Positions 1 through 12,000 of a DNA stretch of 64,000 bases are shown piece by piece. The stretch covers positions 30,132,001-30,196,000 of the forward strand of contig OX638158.1 in assembly GCA_951804945.1 (NCBI GenBank), in the 5' to 3' direction. The position numbers and the translations under genes are program-made. Each line of letters begins with the position of its first letter. The stretch's first letter is position 1. This DNA comes from Podarcis cretensis (Eukaryota). The notes beneath the pieces were generated by a model that was not told the DNA's origin, did not search any database, and was given only the letters and a program-made list of their open reading frames with translations.

Positions 1-50
1 AGTTTGCAATATAAGTCATTCCCCGTTAGAAGGAGCCCAAGCTCTCATAC

Positions 51-266
51 CTCAGGATGTGATTGTGACGGAAGCTCTCCAGGAGCCCAACCTCTACCGC
101 TACATGAGCCAGTGACCAGCTAGGGTGGCTGCGAAAACAGTCTGTCAGTTGCTGCAAAACCTCCAGCTGCAAAGGATTGTGGGAACTCTCATAGAAGGGG
201 CGCAACTTCTTTGCATACAGCTCGTAGTGCTCAAGGGCAAATCCTTCGTGGTCTACCTGGAAGAGC
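51..266 (-). CDS. PLA2G6: PLA2G6 (iPLA2-beta) second coding exon, 216 nt; gene continues off the left edge
   Basis: Manual minus-strand translation (R)LFQVDHEGFALEHYELYAKKLRPFYESSHNPLQLEVLQQLTDCFRSHPSWSLAHVAVEVGLLESFRHNHIL matches the vertebrate PLA2G6 N-terminus. Acceptor is ccttttgtAG (268-267) and donor GTatga (50-45). Phase continues from the upstream exon. Not in the ORF track. Confidence 0.96.
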
Positions 267-525
267 CTACAAAAGGAATTTACTTAGAAAGATTAGAGCC
301 TGCTTCTCCGGCTTGCGGTGGGGCTCGCAACAAAGATTAAAACAATTAAGAATATGCAAGACCATAAACACCCACAACCCCAGTCAATCAGCAAGAACTA
401 TTAATGTTTTGCTGCTGCTGCAAAATATTTGACTTCACTCAAACTTAGCAGTCAAAAGTCCTAATGGAACAGGACAATTTTATACCCTCTCCAGAAGGTT
501 TAAAGAGAAGAACCAAAACACACCT

Positions 526-655
526 GAGGGATAGTTCAGTCGGTAGAGAAGAAGCCTGTTAATCTCAGGGTTGTGGGTTCAAGCCCCACATTGGGTGAAA
601 GATTCCTGCATTGCAGGAGGTTGGAGTAGATGAGCCTCGTGGTCCCTTCCAATTC
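526..655 (+). mobile_element. tRNA(Lys)-like-head SINE with CR1-like 3' tail
   Basis: Head ggatagttcagtcggtagag...ttaatctcagggttgtgggttcaagcccc has A/B boxes. Tail ggaggttggagtagatg...ggtcccttccaattc resembles a CR1 3' end. Other copies occur at ~13.1, 16.7 and 23.4 kb. Confidence 0.8.
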
Positions 656-897
656 AGCCAGCCTGCTTGCCTTCCTACTTACAACAACTCCAGGGGGTGG
701 GTCTCTCTGCCAGCTTTCTACTCCCTAGTCTTGGTGTTGCCCTTGCAGAACTCAGCAGGAAGGATGATGGAGACCAAACTGAAATTACTTGCTTCTGCCT
801 GTCGTTGGCTCTGGTCTCCCTGCCTTCCACCCTACCAGCCCCAATAGTCACCAGCCACCACTGTCCTCCACCCCACCTGCCTAACCTATAACCCTTC

Positions 898-905
898 AAG
901 AAGAA

Positions 906-938
<33 letters not shown>

Positions 939-1177
939 AAGTTTGGATTTGATATCCCACTTTATCACTACCCGAAGGAGTCTCAAAGCAGCTAACATTC
1001 TCCTTTCCCTTCCTCCCCCACAACAAACACTCTGTGAGCTGAGTGAGGCTGAGAGACTTGAAGAAGTATGACTAGCCCAAGGTCACCCAGCAGCTGCATG
1101 TGGAGGAGCGGAGACGCAAACCCGGTTCACCAGATTATGAGTCTACTACTCTTAACCACTACTCCACACTGGCTCTC
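898..1177 (-). mobile_element. tRNA-derived CORE/MIR-like SINE (Squam3-like) with (CTT)n tail
   Basis: Minus strand reads gagagccagtgtggagtagtggttaagag (A box) ... gggtgaccttgggctagtca (CORE-like) ... gggatatcaaatccaaac, then (CTT)n, which is (AAG)n at 898-940 on the plus strand. Confidence 0.8.
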
Positions 1178-1383
1178 TCAAGTGCCTGGTGGACAGTAAC
1201 CATGAAAACCTATGCTATTATAGCAATGTTCCCTCATTCCTGAATAGTCCCCTTGATCCCCTTTCTTCCCAATCCACCCTCAATTTCACCCTCTCCTACT
1301 AGGAAGAGGTTTTATATCAGAGTTTCTTAAGGTCTAAGGAACAGATTGAAGCTAAAATTAAACAAGGTCTCCCTGCCACTCAC

Positions 1384-1592
1384 CGGAAAGCAACTTTTTC
1401 ATTATTGGGGTTAAGAAGAAGGCACTCCCAAGAGTGAGATGAACTTTTTTCATACAGCACTATCCTATCTTCAGACTTCACACGTTTCAGAGATGAATAG
1501 TCCACCAGAGATACCTCCTTGATCCGGAAAGGGTTTGAAAACAAGCCGGTGACATTGTTTAAAGTGTTCATAAGCCGACCAAAGAACTGCAT
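1384..1592 (-). CDS. PLA2G6: PLA2G6 first coding exon (209 coding nt; exon 1384-1629 including 5'UTR part)
   Basis: MQFFGRLMNTLNNVTGLFSNPFRIKEV...VAFR is the PLA2G6 N-terminus. Donor is CG|GTGAGT at 1383 and acceptor tctttccacAG at 1631-1630. There is an in-frame TAG upstream of the ATG. Confidence 0.97.
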
Positions 1593-1959
1593 GTCTTTAA
1601 AAAGTAGTGCAAGCTATCTTCGTTCAAGGCTGTGGAAAGATCAAAGTTCAAATTCAGATAATGCCATCATCATCCACTGAATGAATCTTCTCCTCAGCAT
1701 AATCATTTTCCTGGTTTTTAAAAAACGTTTTTAATATTGAGTAGACTTCTACGCTACCTTTTAAAATAAAGATATCTACAGATCTATAGATAGCCAAGTA
1801 TGATAAAATGTTTTTATTCTTTAAAAAAAGCAAAAATACGTGATTAAAATAATAAATTTGAAAGAGCTGCAAATCTATTCCATTGCCTGATAACATTCCC
1901 ATCCCTAAATTCAAAAATGTAACTCATCCCATTAAATTAGATTAGGAGCACCTCTGTCA

Positions 1960-2410
1960 GGAGAGAGACAGGAAAAATGTTTCCTTGTTATGTCTCCTTA
2001 ATCTCTCAGTGGCTTTTGATACCATTGACCAGCTGTCTGAGTTAGGGGTGAGTGGACCTGCTTTGTGGTGGTTCTGGTCCTACTTGGATAGTCGTTTGGG
2101 GAGTGCTCTTCAGCACTGTGGAGCCTTCAATGTGGGGTTCCTCAGGGTTCGATTTTATCCCCCATGCTGTTTAACATCTACATGAAACCGCTGAGTGGGG
2201 GTCATCCAGAGCTTTCGATTACACTGTCAGCAATATGTTGATGACACTGCCGTGTGGCAGTGAATGTGCTGGACCACTGTCTTGCCTCGGTAATAAACTG
2301 GATGAGAGCCAAGAAACTGAAGCTCAATCCATATAAGTCTGAAGCACTGTTAGTGGGTGGTTCCCTAGACTGGATAGATAGGAGGCTGCTCACTCTTGAT
2401 GGGGTTACTC
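1960..2410 (+). mobile_element. Degenerate L2/CR1-clade LINE reverse transcriptase fragment
   Basis: Frameshifted peptides LLNLSVAFDTID, ALWWFWSYL, GVPQGSIL, LFNIYMKPL, QYVDDT (YADD-like) and WMRAKKLKLNPYKSE are typical L2 RT motifs. Confidence 0.85.
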
Positions 2411-3930
2411 ATAGAAAACCAAGGAGAAGACCCCAAAACAGCTTCAACAGGACCCAGTAGATCCCTTCTCAAAATAGTGGAGTAAGAGGACAATGTCTGA
2501 GTCACAGACAAGTTTTATTCTAAATTTAGACAATAGAGAAGAGCTGCTTTGTTAGTTCTGAGGGGATTTCTTGACTTATTCTGAAACTGTTTTTACATCG
2601 TTCCTGGTATGGAAGTGATTATTGCCCAGTGAAAAAAAATCCAGAGTTTTAGCACAGCTGTGACTAAGCAGAAGCAAAGGCAAGGAGTTTGTGCCCTTTC
2701 TAACTCAGGTTCAGTTTCATGCATTTAAAATTCTTGTTTCTTCTGTATATAAACATTTCCAAAAAAATGCAAATAAAATCCATAATTAGTATTTTCATAT
2801 TGCCAGTGGGTGGACGGGCGTCTCTGTGTGACTGAGAAAGCATCAATTATATTGGGCCTACAAAGTATCCCAGTGTTGCTGTACTAATACTGAGGGGCTG
2901 AGAGAAAGTAGCATACAACAACGTTGCTATGGCATGTAGTCCATTGTTGTTACACAGTTTCTTGGTGTGTTTTTGTTTTGTTTTTAGAGAAATACAGGAG
3001 GGACTGTTAAGCTAATGTAGCAGCAATGTGATGGAGGGGGTGATTAATTGCTTTCCCATGAAGGAAAATAGGTGCATTCTTGGGCTGTTGCTGTGAACAC
3101 TTAAATGGGTATATTTGTGTGAAAGATACAAACCCTAAAAATTAAGAAAGAATGGCTGTCTGTTTGACCTAGGCTAATAACACTGCTCTAATTATTAAGA
3201 GGTATAATTTTAAAAAACCAAAAAAAAATGCTGTTTAAAAACACTGGTTGCTTTTTAACTGAATCTTGAATGAAAGACCTACTGTAACATAAAAGTTTAC
3301 ATCTCATGAAACTAGAATTATTTGCACGGTTTAGGGTTGGCATTAAGCAGGGTGCTCTTGTCTTTCAACAACTGCGTGGCAAGCAGAAATTCAGCAGGTT
3401 AAACCTGCTGACATTCAGCTGGTCAAATATCTTATTACTTGGTGTGGAGCCACAGATTTATTTTTGAGTCCTCCACCCGATCAACAAAACAGGATATAAA
3501 TTTGAATACGACACAAAGCATATACAAAGTTTATGCAAATTGGTGCCTACTTTTGTGAGCAGGGTGGAGAACCCAAGACATGTAGAGTAGTGGGCAAGAA
3601 AATACTAGAGGCACCCCATACGGCCAGTGGTTGGGACGATGGGAGCCCAATAACATCTTAAGGGCCACAAGTACTCCGTTCCTGATTTAGTACAAAAGTA
3701 CTTGGCTTGCAATTTGGAAATCCTAGCTACAAGTCTAGAATCATTATAGCTCAATTAGTAGTCCACCAAGAAGAAATCCTCCAGCTAGTTCCTATACCTC
3801 GCTTATAAAACTAGTTTGTGCACAGTGTATTTATCCTGGTTATTGTGCTAAGCACAATTGAAATTCTGTGTAGTTCAGCAGCTGGCATTTGCTCTCATCA
3901 CATGACAGAGGAATATCATATTCCCTACTG

Positions 3931-4070
3931 CCAGGATGCAGAACCTGTGGCCCTCCTGATACTGTTGAACTACAACTCCAATCACCTCTGACCATTGGCA
4001 CTGCTGGCTGGGGCTCATGGGATTTAGAGTTCAACTATATCTAGAGGGCTACATGTTTCATAAATTCCTG
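3931..4070. mobile_element. Palindromic hAT-type MITE copy (family A)
   Basis: gaacctgtggccctcc...actacaactcc...ccattggc...gggatttagagttcaac...gagggctaca: self-complementary arms shared with more than 15 copies in the window. Confidence 0.7.
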
Positions 4071-5769
4071 ATGTAAGGGAAAGGCAATACATTCATGATA
4101 TATCTTCAACATATTGGAGGCTACTTTATTAACACTCCACCTAGGATGATCTGTAAGGAGACACATTTATATTCTTTCCACTAACAACTGAAGATTTTAT
4201 TTATTTAAGGCATTTATATATTGCTTAATTATTAAGTCTAAGCAGTGTTCCAGTTGTTCATTTTTGTATGCTTGGTTTGTACTTTCTCCAATTCACTTTT
4301 GAGTGTATAAAGGAAAATGGCAAGTAAGTTTATGCTCATTAAGATTTTGTCCCACACCATTGCATGTTAGAGTGACCAAGAAAAAGAACTGAAGATGAAG
4401 GGTTAGAGCTATTGAGATATGAAGTCTTTATTTAAAATAATAGCTAGGGTTCACCCAAAGTAGATAGTATGTTTAAACTGACATGTACACAAACAGCTGT
4501 TGTATTCCTACAAAGTAGGGAAGATGGCAAAACTTGCCCCTTAACATTGACCGAGAGGTGGGCTGACAAACAAATAACGAGAATAAGCAATCTAACATTT
4601 TTGCATTCAGTCTTTCCTTTTTCATGGTTTCACCTCCAGGATATAGAAAAGGCAAGCAAGAGAAGCAATATAATGTATTTATATTCACAATATAAATACC
4701 GTACATATAGAAGGAGGAAAGGAACAGAAAGCCAATTCAATATTAAAAACCAACAAAGAAATTTTTTTTGGCAAACTTTGGAATTTTAAAGTAACTTCCG
4801 TTTTGTTACTTCCTTCCACCAACTTTCAGAAAAGGTGCCGTTTTAATGTCTCTGACATTTCCATTTGCCCGACTCTTACACTTTTCTTTACAGTACTGAA
4901 CCATGTTCATGTTTTCACTATGGCAATTCAGAGCCCCTGAAATCACATTTTCCTGTGGACCTTACACTGTGCTCAAAGTCTGGAGATCTTAACATAGTTT
5001 CCAACTCTTGCATATGTGAATCTGTCTTCCACTGTGCAACAAACCAATTTTCCAGCAGAAGCAGAACATAACCTTTTGAAACCCATCAGAGCTGTACTAT
5101 CACACATTTCCTGTACTTAACTTTTTAAAGAAACTGTACATGACATCTCTTGCATGATATTCCAAGATGAAATGCAGCATTGCATAGGTTCTGCCTGATG
5201 AAGAAAGTGTGCATATTTCTAAAGTGAATGTGAAGTTCAACTAACAGATATAAAAAGGTTGGTTACAAGTTCAAGCTTTTTGGTCACATCAAGTAGCTAT
5301 CTGATCACAACTCTTAACACTTTAAAAATATGGTAGGCTTTAAGCCTTACATCTTCCACTCAATTACGCACAGCACATGGGGGGATATCACCTTATTTTT
5401 CTGGCAGGGTTCCTTTGCCTTTAGCAGCTGCTGGGCATGCAGACTTCTACTAAGATACAACTGTTTATGAAGGCCAGGAAAACCTCACCTGTTGAATGGC
5501 TGCTCGATTGTTTAACAGCAGCAACGACTTTTTCTACCTAAACTGAAATGATGAGAGTTATAATCATGAGTGGGCTTTTGTGTGAAACGATTGTGAGCTC
5601 AGTTCAGTTCTGGCACTGGAAGCAAATGCCCGGACTCAGAATGTGGTCAGAGGCGAATTGTAAAACTTATGTCTTTTGCACCTAGTTCCTGGGGTTCTGG
5701 TTTAAAGGTGGAATATGGAAAAGAAGTGCAATGGGCGATCGAAGCAGAAAATAAAGCAGAAAGGGGAGC

Positions 5770-6330
5770 TTCCCCGCCCCCCCTTGCTCATCTTAGACCC
5801 AAGAGCCTTCATTAAGCCACTGAGACCCACACTTTAAGGACTACGAAACACGCAGAAGAGAGATCTACCCTTCCCCTGTCCTCCAAGGCTTGGACTCACT
5901 CACCTCTTCAATTATCCACTACTGTACTCACCCCAACTACTACTTCCGCGAACAAATTCCGACAGTCTCACGTGATCAACGCTCTGCCAACCACAACCCG
6001 TCGGAACGACTTCTCCCCGCCGCTTAGTCGATCACCTCATTGCTTGGCTAGCCAAAGGATCCGAAGGCGGCGCAGTTGCGTGCGTGCGGCCATTGCGTCT
6101 CGACGTTAAGGAGGCGGAGCGGCCATCTTTGCCTCGGGCATCTGATGGCGCGGTTGGGACGCCGCCGCCATCTTTGTGAAGGGGCAAAGAGTGGCGCACG
6201 CTCTCGCTGTTGCCCTTTGCCCGCCTTTAAAGTGACAGTTTTAACTGTCAAGTGTTCACTTATTAGAAAATAAAAAAGGGAGGAGAAGGCTTCTTAAACA
6301 AGAGCCGGAGGGCGGGGAGAATCATATACT
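5770..6330 (-). promoter_or_regulatory. CpG-rich promoter and probable non-coding first exon of PLA2G6
   Basis: Local CpG enrichment. Contains ETS ACTTCCG (~5942), E-box TCACGTGA (~5968-5975), YY1-type GCCATCTT/ATGGCG motifs (6121-6174) and GC boxes. Minus-strand donors G|GTGAGT lie at ~5931 and ~5903. Confidence 0.7.
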
Positions 6331-6573
6331 GGTCTTCAAAGTGTGAAGACGGCATAAGAACCTGTTGCATAATGTGAAACACACACAGAAAATTCCAGCA
6401 TCAGCCCCTTCCCTTAATACTAACAGGACCATTTTAGCCCAGTCTACTCAGAATCAAGTCCTACTGGTTTCACTGGGGCTTACTCCCAGGTAGCAGGGGT
6501 TAGCATTTCAGCCTAAATAATGAGGTGCAAGGAGGGTGCCTTGCAGTGAAGGAACCACGCCTTGTTTCTCCTA

Positions 6574-6775
6574 CAGTGGTACCTTGGTTTGCTACTGTTT
6601 TGGATTACAACCACGTCAAACCTGGGAGTGTGTGACCCTTTTTTTTATTACAACCCCCTTTTGGGGGGATTACAACCCCCCTTTTTTTGGAGGCCCCACA
6701 CCTTGGATTACAACCTGTTCTGGTTTACAACCGGACCTCCAGAACGGATTATAGTTGTAAACCAAGGTACCAATG
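6574..6775. mobile_element. Tc1/pogo(Tigger)-type MITE, GGATTACAACC variant
   Basis: TA-flanked, with TIRs cagtggtaccttggttt ... aaaccaaggtaccaatg and a repeated internal ggattacaacc motif. Confidence 0.85.
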
Positions 6776-7189
6776 TATTAAACTCTGCCAACCAACGGAC
6801 AAAAATTGTGAGACAAGATCCTCCATTAGGTGTGGAGGACTTGGAGTCCAAAAAAATCAAGGAGGATGCAGTTTCGCCTCCCTAAATTCACACGACTCTG
6901 GCTAAGGTGCACCTGTTCACTCTTACGGCTGGGCGTGGGGCCTCGAAATCCATTTAACCCCCAAAACTCACCACACATTGAAATAAACAAACTAAATGGA
7001 ACCTCCATCATCAAAGGCAGTGTACTGCTGAAGACTAGATCCCCGAGATGAAATAAGATGGGAGGGTTGTTGCCTTCATGCCTTGCTTATAAACTTCCCA
7101 GAGCCATTTGTGTAGCATCTGTTGTAAACAGAATCTGCTGGATTTCTTATCAAATACTTGGACTGTAAGCTAATAGTTAATGGTGTCTT

Positions 7190-7221
7190 ATACATACATA
7201 CATATATACATACATACATAC
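7190..7221. repeat. (TACA)n microsatellite
   Basis: Imperfect atacatacatacat run. Confidence 0.9.
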
Positions 7222-8894
7222 TTCCAATTGCTGAGCTATGCAGAGACCAGGTGAATTTATGTCTGCAATTTTTCTCCTACCGTGAAAATCAGAAGATTGC
7301 AAACTGTCCTGTGATGTTCAGAAGAAGGGTGATATAGACATTTAAATAATAATAAAAATAAACCTTTTAAAATAAAGATGTTTACATTTAAGCACCGTTT
7401 GCTCTTTCTGCTAACCTGAGGTAATTTGAAAGCTGCATACTTAACAGCAAAGTCTTTCAGCAGTATAAAATAATAATAAACAAGGTGGGTTTTTTAAAAA
7501 TGCTGAAGTCCTTTTTACTCAGTATTTTATCCACTGAAAACCTGGAAGTTTCATTAACCTATACTAGGATGGTGCACACCAGCTTACAATGAACAAGCTG
7601 TGCACTTAGTTGTGGTCCATGGGGTGGTTGGGGGTCATAGTTCCAGAAGTCACTGCCTCTCAGCAAAGCACTCACTCGGGGGGGGGGGCTCCCCAGAGCA
7701 ATACATTTTGAACAAGTGCAAACTGTTCTTGGCAGCGAGCCCAGGAAAGAAGGAGAAGGCATTTGCAGGCACTAGTGAGAGACTGGGGGAAAGGGAATGA
7801 GACCTATCTGCTCTCCCACCTTCCACTAGTTGACTTTACCGGGAGACTTTTCACTTCTGCAGCAGAGACCAGAAAAGGACCAAGAGGCAGGTGGCAGTAG
7901 AGTGTATTTGGCTCTAATCTGTGTTATGTAGTAACTATATAACTGATTAAACAATCTATGGCCTTTTAAAAGTGCTGTGAGAGGGGGTTATTGGTGGTGG
8001 TGGTTGCAATGGTATATATTTTGTGTTTTCATTTTGTATTTTTATGTTGTAAACCGCCCTGTGATCTTTGGATGAAGTTTTGTATAGAAGTTTGATTAAT
8101 AAGAATAGAAATAATCGGGTTGGTTAAAGTGTTATAAAAGGGGTAAGACTTTTTAATGCATATTTGGCACTTGATTAAATGTGGCATGTCATTCTAATTC
8201 ACTTTAGTTATTAGTGTCAAGTCACTAAGATTACTTGCCCTCCAGTTTTTTGATATATGCTGCCCACCCAGGAAATATTTATTGATAGACAATTATACAT
8301 TTAAATAATTATGTTAAGTATTATTAATAACAATAACTAATTAGTGCACATGCCTCCGGCTGCAGCTGGTCTGTCAAGTTGCAGCCAAGATTTGCAGCTG
8401 AGATCTCCCCTATCTACTAAATATGCCAATGCTCACTTGCATATGCATTCATATCTCAAAATGAATGTTCCTGTTGTGTAAGAGTGATGCTTTAAAAAAA
8501 CAAATTACCTGGCTTGCTATCAGTCAACAGAACTGGTTGGGCTGGTTTCAAATCAGGCATTTTTTAAAGGGCTGTCCATAGGTGAGGCAGACCCGGGTGC
8601 AAGCAGGTTTAGGAGACCAGATGTCCGCCCAGATAGCCACTGCTCCATTCCTGCTTCCAAATCCTGGGTTGTCATTTGGTGAGGGTGTGAGAGACTAGCA
8701 GAATGAACTCTTACTTTAATCCTCTTCCTCCCCCAAGAGAACACTGATGAAAGCAGTGATCTGAAGTCTTATTATCATCAGAAACTGAAATATTTAGGAA
8801 GTTAAAGGGGTTCTGAGACAATGTCAGGGCATGACTCGTATAAATCTTTTAGTCATAAATACTGGAAACCCTTTAAAAAATAAACTACTGCACA

Positions 8895-9211
8895 GTGCTA
8901 GGGCTTGCCAATCAGAAGGTCGGCAGTTCAAATCCCCGTGACGGGGTGAGCTCCCGTTGTTCGGTCCCTGCTCCTGCCAACCTAGCAGTTCAAAAGCACA
9001 AAGTGCAAGTAGATAAATAGGTACCGCTCTGGAGGGAAGGTAAACAGTGTTTCCGTGTGCTGCTCTGGTTCACCAGAAGCAGCTTAGTCATGCTGGCCAC
9101 ATGTACGCCGGCTCCCTTGGCCAGCAAAGCAAGCTGAGCACCGCAACCTCAGAGTCGTCCGCGACTGGACCTAATGGTCAGGGGTCCCTTTACCTTTACC
9201 TTTACCTTTAC
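8895..9211 (+). mobile_element. Sauria SINE (Squam1-type), near full length
   Basis: Characteristic body cagaaggtcggcagttcaaatcc...ctcctgccaacctagcagttcaaaagca...gtagataaataggtacc and an (ACCTTT)n tail. Confidence 0.9.
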
Positions 9212-9619
9212 TTTGTGGAACAAGCTATCAAAGGTGCAGTAGCCCTGTCCTCTTTTGCATCTGGTCACTCTAATGGCATTGAGGGAATTTCTGTAGTTCT
9301 GTGGGAGAGCACATGTGTGGTTTACAGAAGTCCTTGGTATTTCCAGGTAGGGCTGGAAACAACCCTTTTGCAAAACCCAGGAGAGCTCTCTCACCCCCCC
9401 CCCAAAAAAAACCTCCAAACTCTACAATGGCACTCTTAAAAGTGGCTTAAACATATCCACTGTAGATTTACCTTCCCATAATTATCCAACTTGCCGCTGC
9501 TGCTTTTTAAAATAAACAGTTGGTCTATAAGCTGGATGACTGTATTAAATTCAGTTGTATGATTTAACATACTGTTGTCAGTTTGGAGAGTCTGGTCATT
9601 CTGGCAGGGGTCTCACCCA

Positions 9620-9782
9620 CCCTATACATTAACGGATGTGGTTTTCCCCAGAGAATCCAGAGTACTGAAGTTTACCCAGCACAGAGCTACAATTCTGAGC
9701 ATGCTTAACAAACTATAGTTTCTGGGATACAGTGATGGGGGCGGGCGTGTCATGTGGTTTAAATATATGGTGTGGATGTGGT
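9620..9782. mobile_element. Palindromic non-autonomous DNA element (family unassigned)
   Basis: Imperfect inverted arms ending tttaaatatatggtgtggatg. A related short palindromic copy lies at ~18990-19060. Confidence 0.5.
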
Positions 9783-10679
9783 CAAAGCAGCTAGGACAAA
9801 ATAATGGTAAAGGTGATTTCTGGCATGGGCAATTCACCTGTAAGAGGCTAGGGGGTCTAAGATCAGCTCTCTCCATTTTTACAGTCTGAATTTAGAGAAC
9901 AGAGCCAAGCGTTTGGATGGGAAGCAGCTTTGGAGCTGGCTGCTGCAGCTGCTCTCTCTAGGAATCTGATGCAGAGGTCAGCAGATTTGCTGCCTGCTGT
10001 CGGACAGCTGTATTTCTTTCTTCCAATAGGTTCTACTTGTATATTTGTAAATAAAGTGGACATCAAGTACGTCTCCAGTGTGCTCTCATCTAAAGGAAAC
10101 TTTGGCACTGCTCCTTGAGCTCCTCATAGCTTGGGGAAGTGTGGTGAGTGAATAACAAGACACTACAGTATTTCTCTCTCTCTTCTTTTCCTGCTCTATC
10201 TCACTTGAAGAGGTGTGTTCTTTCTCACCTGGCGAACTGAAAGCTGTAGCAAAATTTAACAGGAAGGGAGCAGGACCAAGCAGACCATCGCTATGAAGGA
10301 TTTACAAGAGAAACAGCGGTGGTCTTGGAATGTGTTTGCAGGCCTGTGGAGCAGGCAGAAATTAATGCAATGAAGTTTTCCCATCATGTGCGCTACCTGA
10401 TGATTTCCGGCCCATCGCAAGTTGTTAAAGCAGGAATGTGATACACCATGGGCTATGCTGGCTGAGGCTCGTGGCAGCTTGAGTCCAACAAGGTCAGGAG
10501 GCGGCAGATTCCCCACCCTTGGGTTAAAGGTGAATTTAGGAAGTTGTGAGTTATAGTGCTCAGAAACAAGGAACTTTTTCAAAATAAGGTGTACAAAAAT
10601 AGTTGTATAGCTGAAGCTGGCATTTTTGCCTCCTGACTTTCAGTGGCTCCCTCTTTCCTCAGAAACAATCCATTTGTTT

Positions 10680-12000
10680 GTATCGGGGTGCAGATGGCGA
10701 CTGAACGGCTAATTCTGGAAAAGGAGCACTCGCACCAGTAAAAGATTTAGGCGCGGGTCCCTTTAAGACGAAATGCCCAGCACCAAGATGGCAGCTTCCT
10801 TTCACCTCTCTCCTGCCTGTGCCCTTCACTAAGATGGGGAGGGAGGGGAAAGAATGATGTCATCGCATGACTGTGTTTTTATGAATGAAAAGAATCCTGT
10901 GAGTGAGTAATTCCAGGAAACTCATATTACAACTCAGCAGATCGCAGCGCAGAGCCCAGCTCAGCCCTTCTCCTCGGAAAACAACAACTTCGTTTACAGA
11001 AATAAACAAGGAGATTTGGAGAGCCGAATCGGCGAGAAAAACGCGGGGGCTCCCCAAGGAAGGCGAGAAGGGAAGGAGAAGGGCAGCGAACAAAAGGCGG
11101 ACTCGGGGCGTTCGGGCGAAGTAAGTGGACGGCGCGTTTGCAACTCTGTAGTAGGGAAACTTAGAGACGTCAGAGGACGAAGGGGGGCTCTTTCTGCTTC
11201 TGGGCGCCCGGGCGCCTTCCTCGCCGGGGCTCCGGGGCGTCTTGCGCACACCGCGGGCGCACCGAGGCTGACGGCTGGGCGGAAAACCGCGTTTCGTGGC
11301 TTTATTTTCGGTGGCGAGGAGTGGCTGCTGGTGTCGATTTCCTCCAGGACACGAGAGCGAGAGCCATTATCCACTCGCGAGGCTCTTTTAGGCAGCGTTT
11401 TCTGCCCACGAGCGTAGTTTTCGTCTGTGGGGGGTACGGATAGGAGCCCGATCCAAGAAGGATGTGGGTTCACCCTCCCCCCGTTTTCTGGGTCTCCGTC
11501 TTCGATCCACGCAGTTGCGAGGGAGCCGAGACAGCTGCAAAAAGGCAGGAAATCGCTTAATAACATTGGAGTTACTCATAGTTCATATTAACCATGTGTA
11601 TGCACGTGCTGCGGCCTTGGTCACATGTAAAGATGTCTGTCTGGCACGGACGTGATCTGGGATCTGATGGTGGGTTTCGGGGTGGCAGGGCGGTCTCCGC
11701 CAGAAAATCCTCTGGTTATGTGTAGGTCCGACTTCTGTTTTAGGGTTGTTTACTCTTCCCCCCCCCCCACGCCCCCACGCCATACCGCGTAGTTAAAAAA
11801 AGCCAGTTATTATTTTCAGAGAACGGCGTACTGGCTTTGGCGGGCCGGGGGAGACGCGTAGAGGAGGAGGGATTCCCCAAGAAGCTTCCCTGACCCTCCG
11901 GAAGGGGGCTGGGAGTCTGGTGACAAGAGGTCAAGGAATAGGAACACGGAGGGGGGCTTTGGGAAACTTCCACAAGAGAGTTTCCAGGTCAGCATTTTTT
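10680..12000 (+). promoter_or_regulatory. CpG island; probable MAFF promoter and non-coding exon 1 (candidate donor AA|GTAAGT at 11121)
   Basis: Strong CpG/GC enrichment over ~1.3 kb upstream of the MAFF coding exons, a consensus plus-strand donor, and many TF motifs. Mammalian MAFF also starts with a non-coding exon followed by a long intron. Confidence 0.7.

Noticed and set aside
526-600. tRNA-Lys-like sequence as a functional tRNA gene (also 16780-16848 and 23460-23521)
   Set aside because: Stems are degenerate and the sequence runs directly into a shared CR1-like tail in several copies, so these are SINE heads.
1985-2460. RT-like ORFs as an active retroelement or domesticated gene
   Set aside because: Short, internally deleted and frameshifted, with the catalytic motif altered (YVDD): a dead L2 fragment.
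6536-6905. ORFs with repeated YYNP/DYNP-like motifs, and a CRISPR-like repeat spacing
   Set aside because: They are translations of the internal repeats of a TA-flanked MITE. The repeats are short and irregular, and the context is a vertebrate genome.
10860-11655. Overlapping long ORFs (190, 133 and 129 aa) in the CpG island
   Set aside because: Low-complexity Arg/Pro/Gly/Ala-rich translations on both strands with no recognisable domain; expected from stop-codon depletion in GC-rich promoter DNA.
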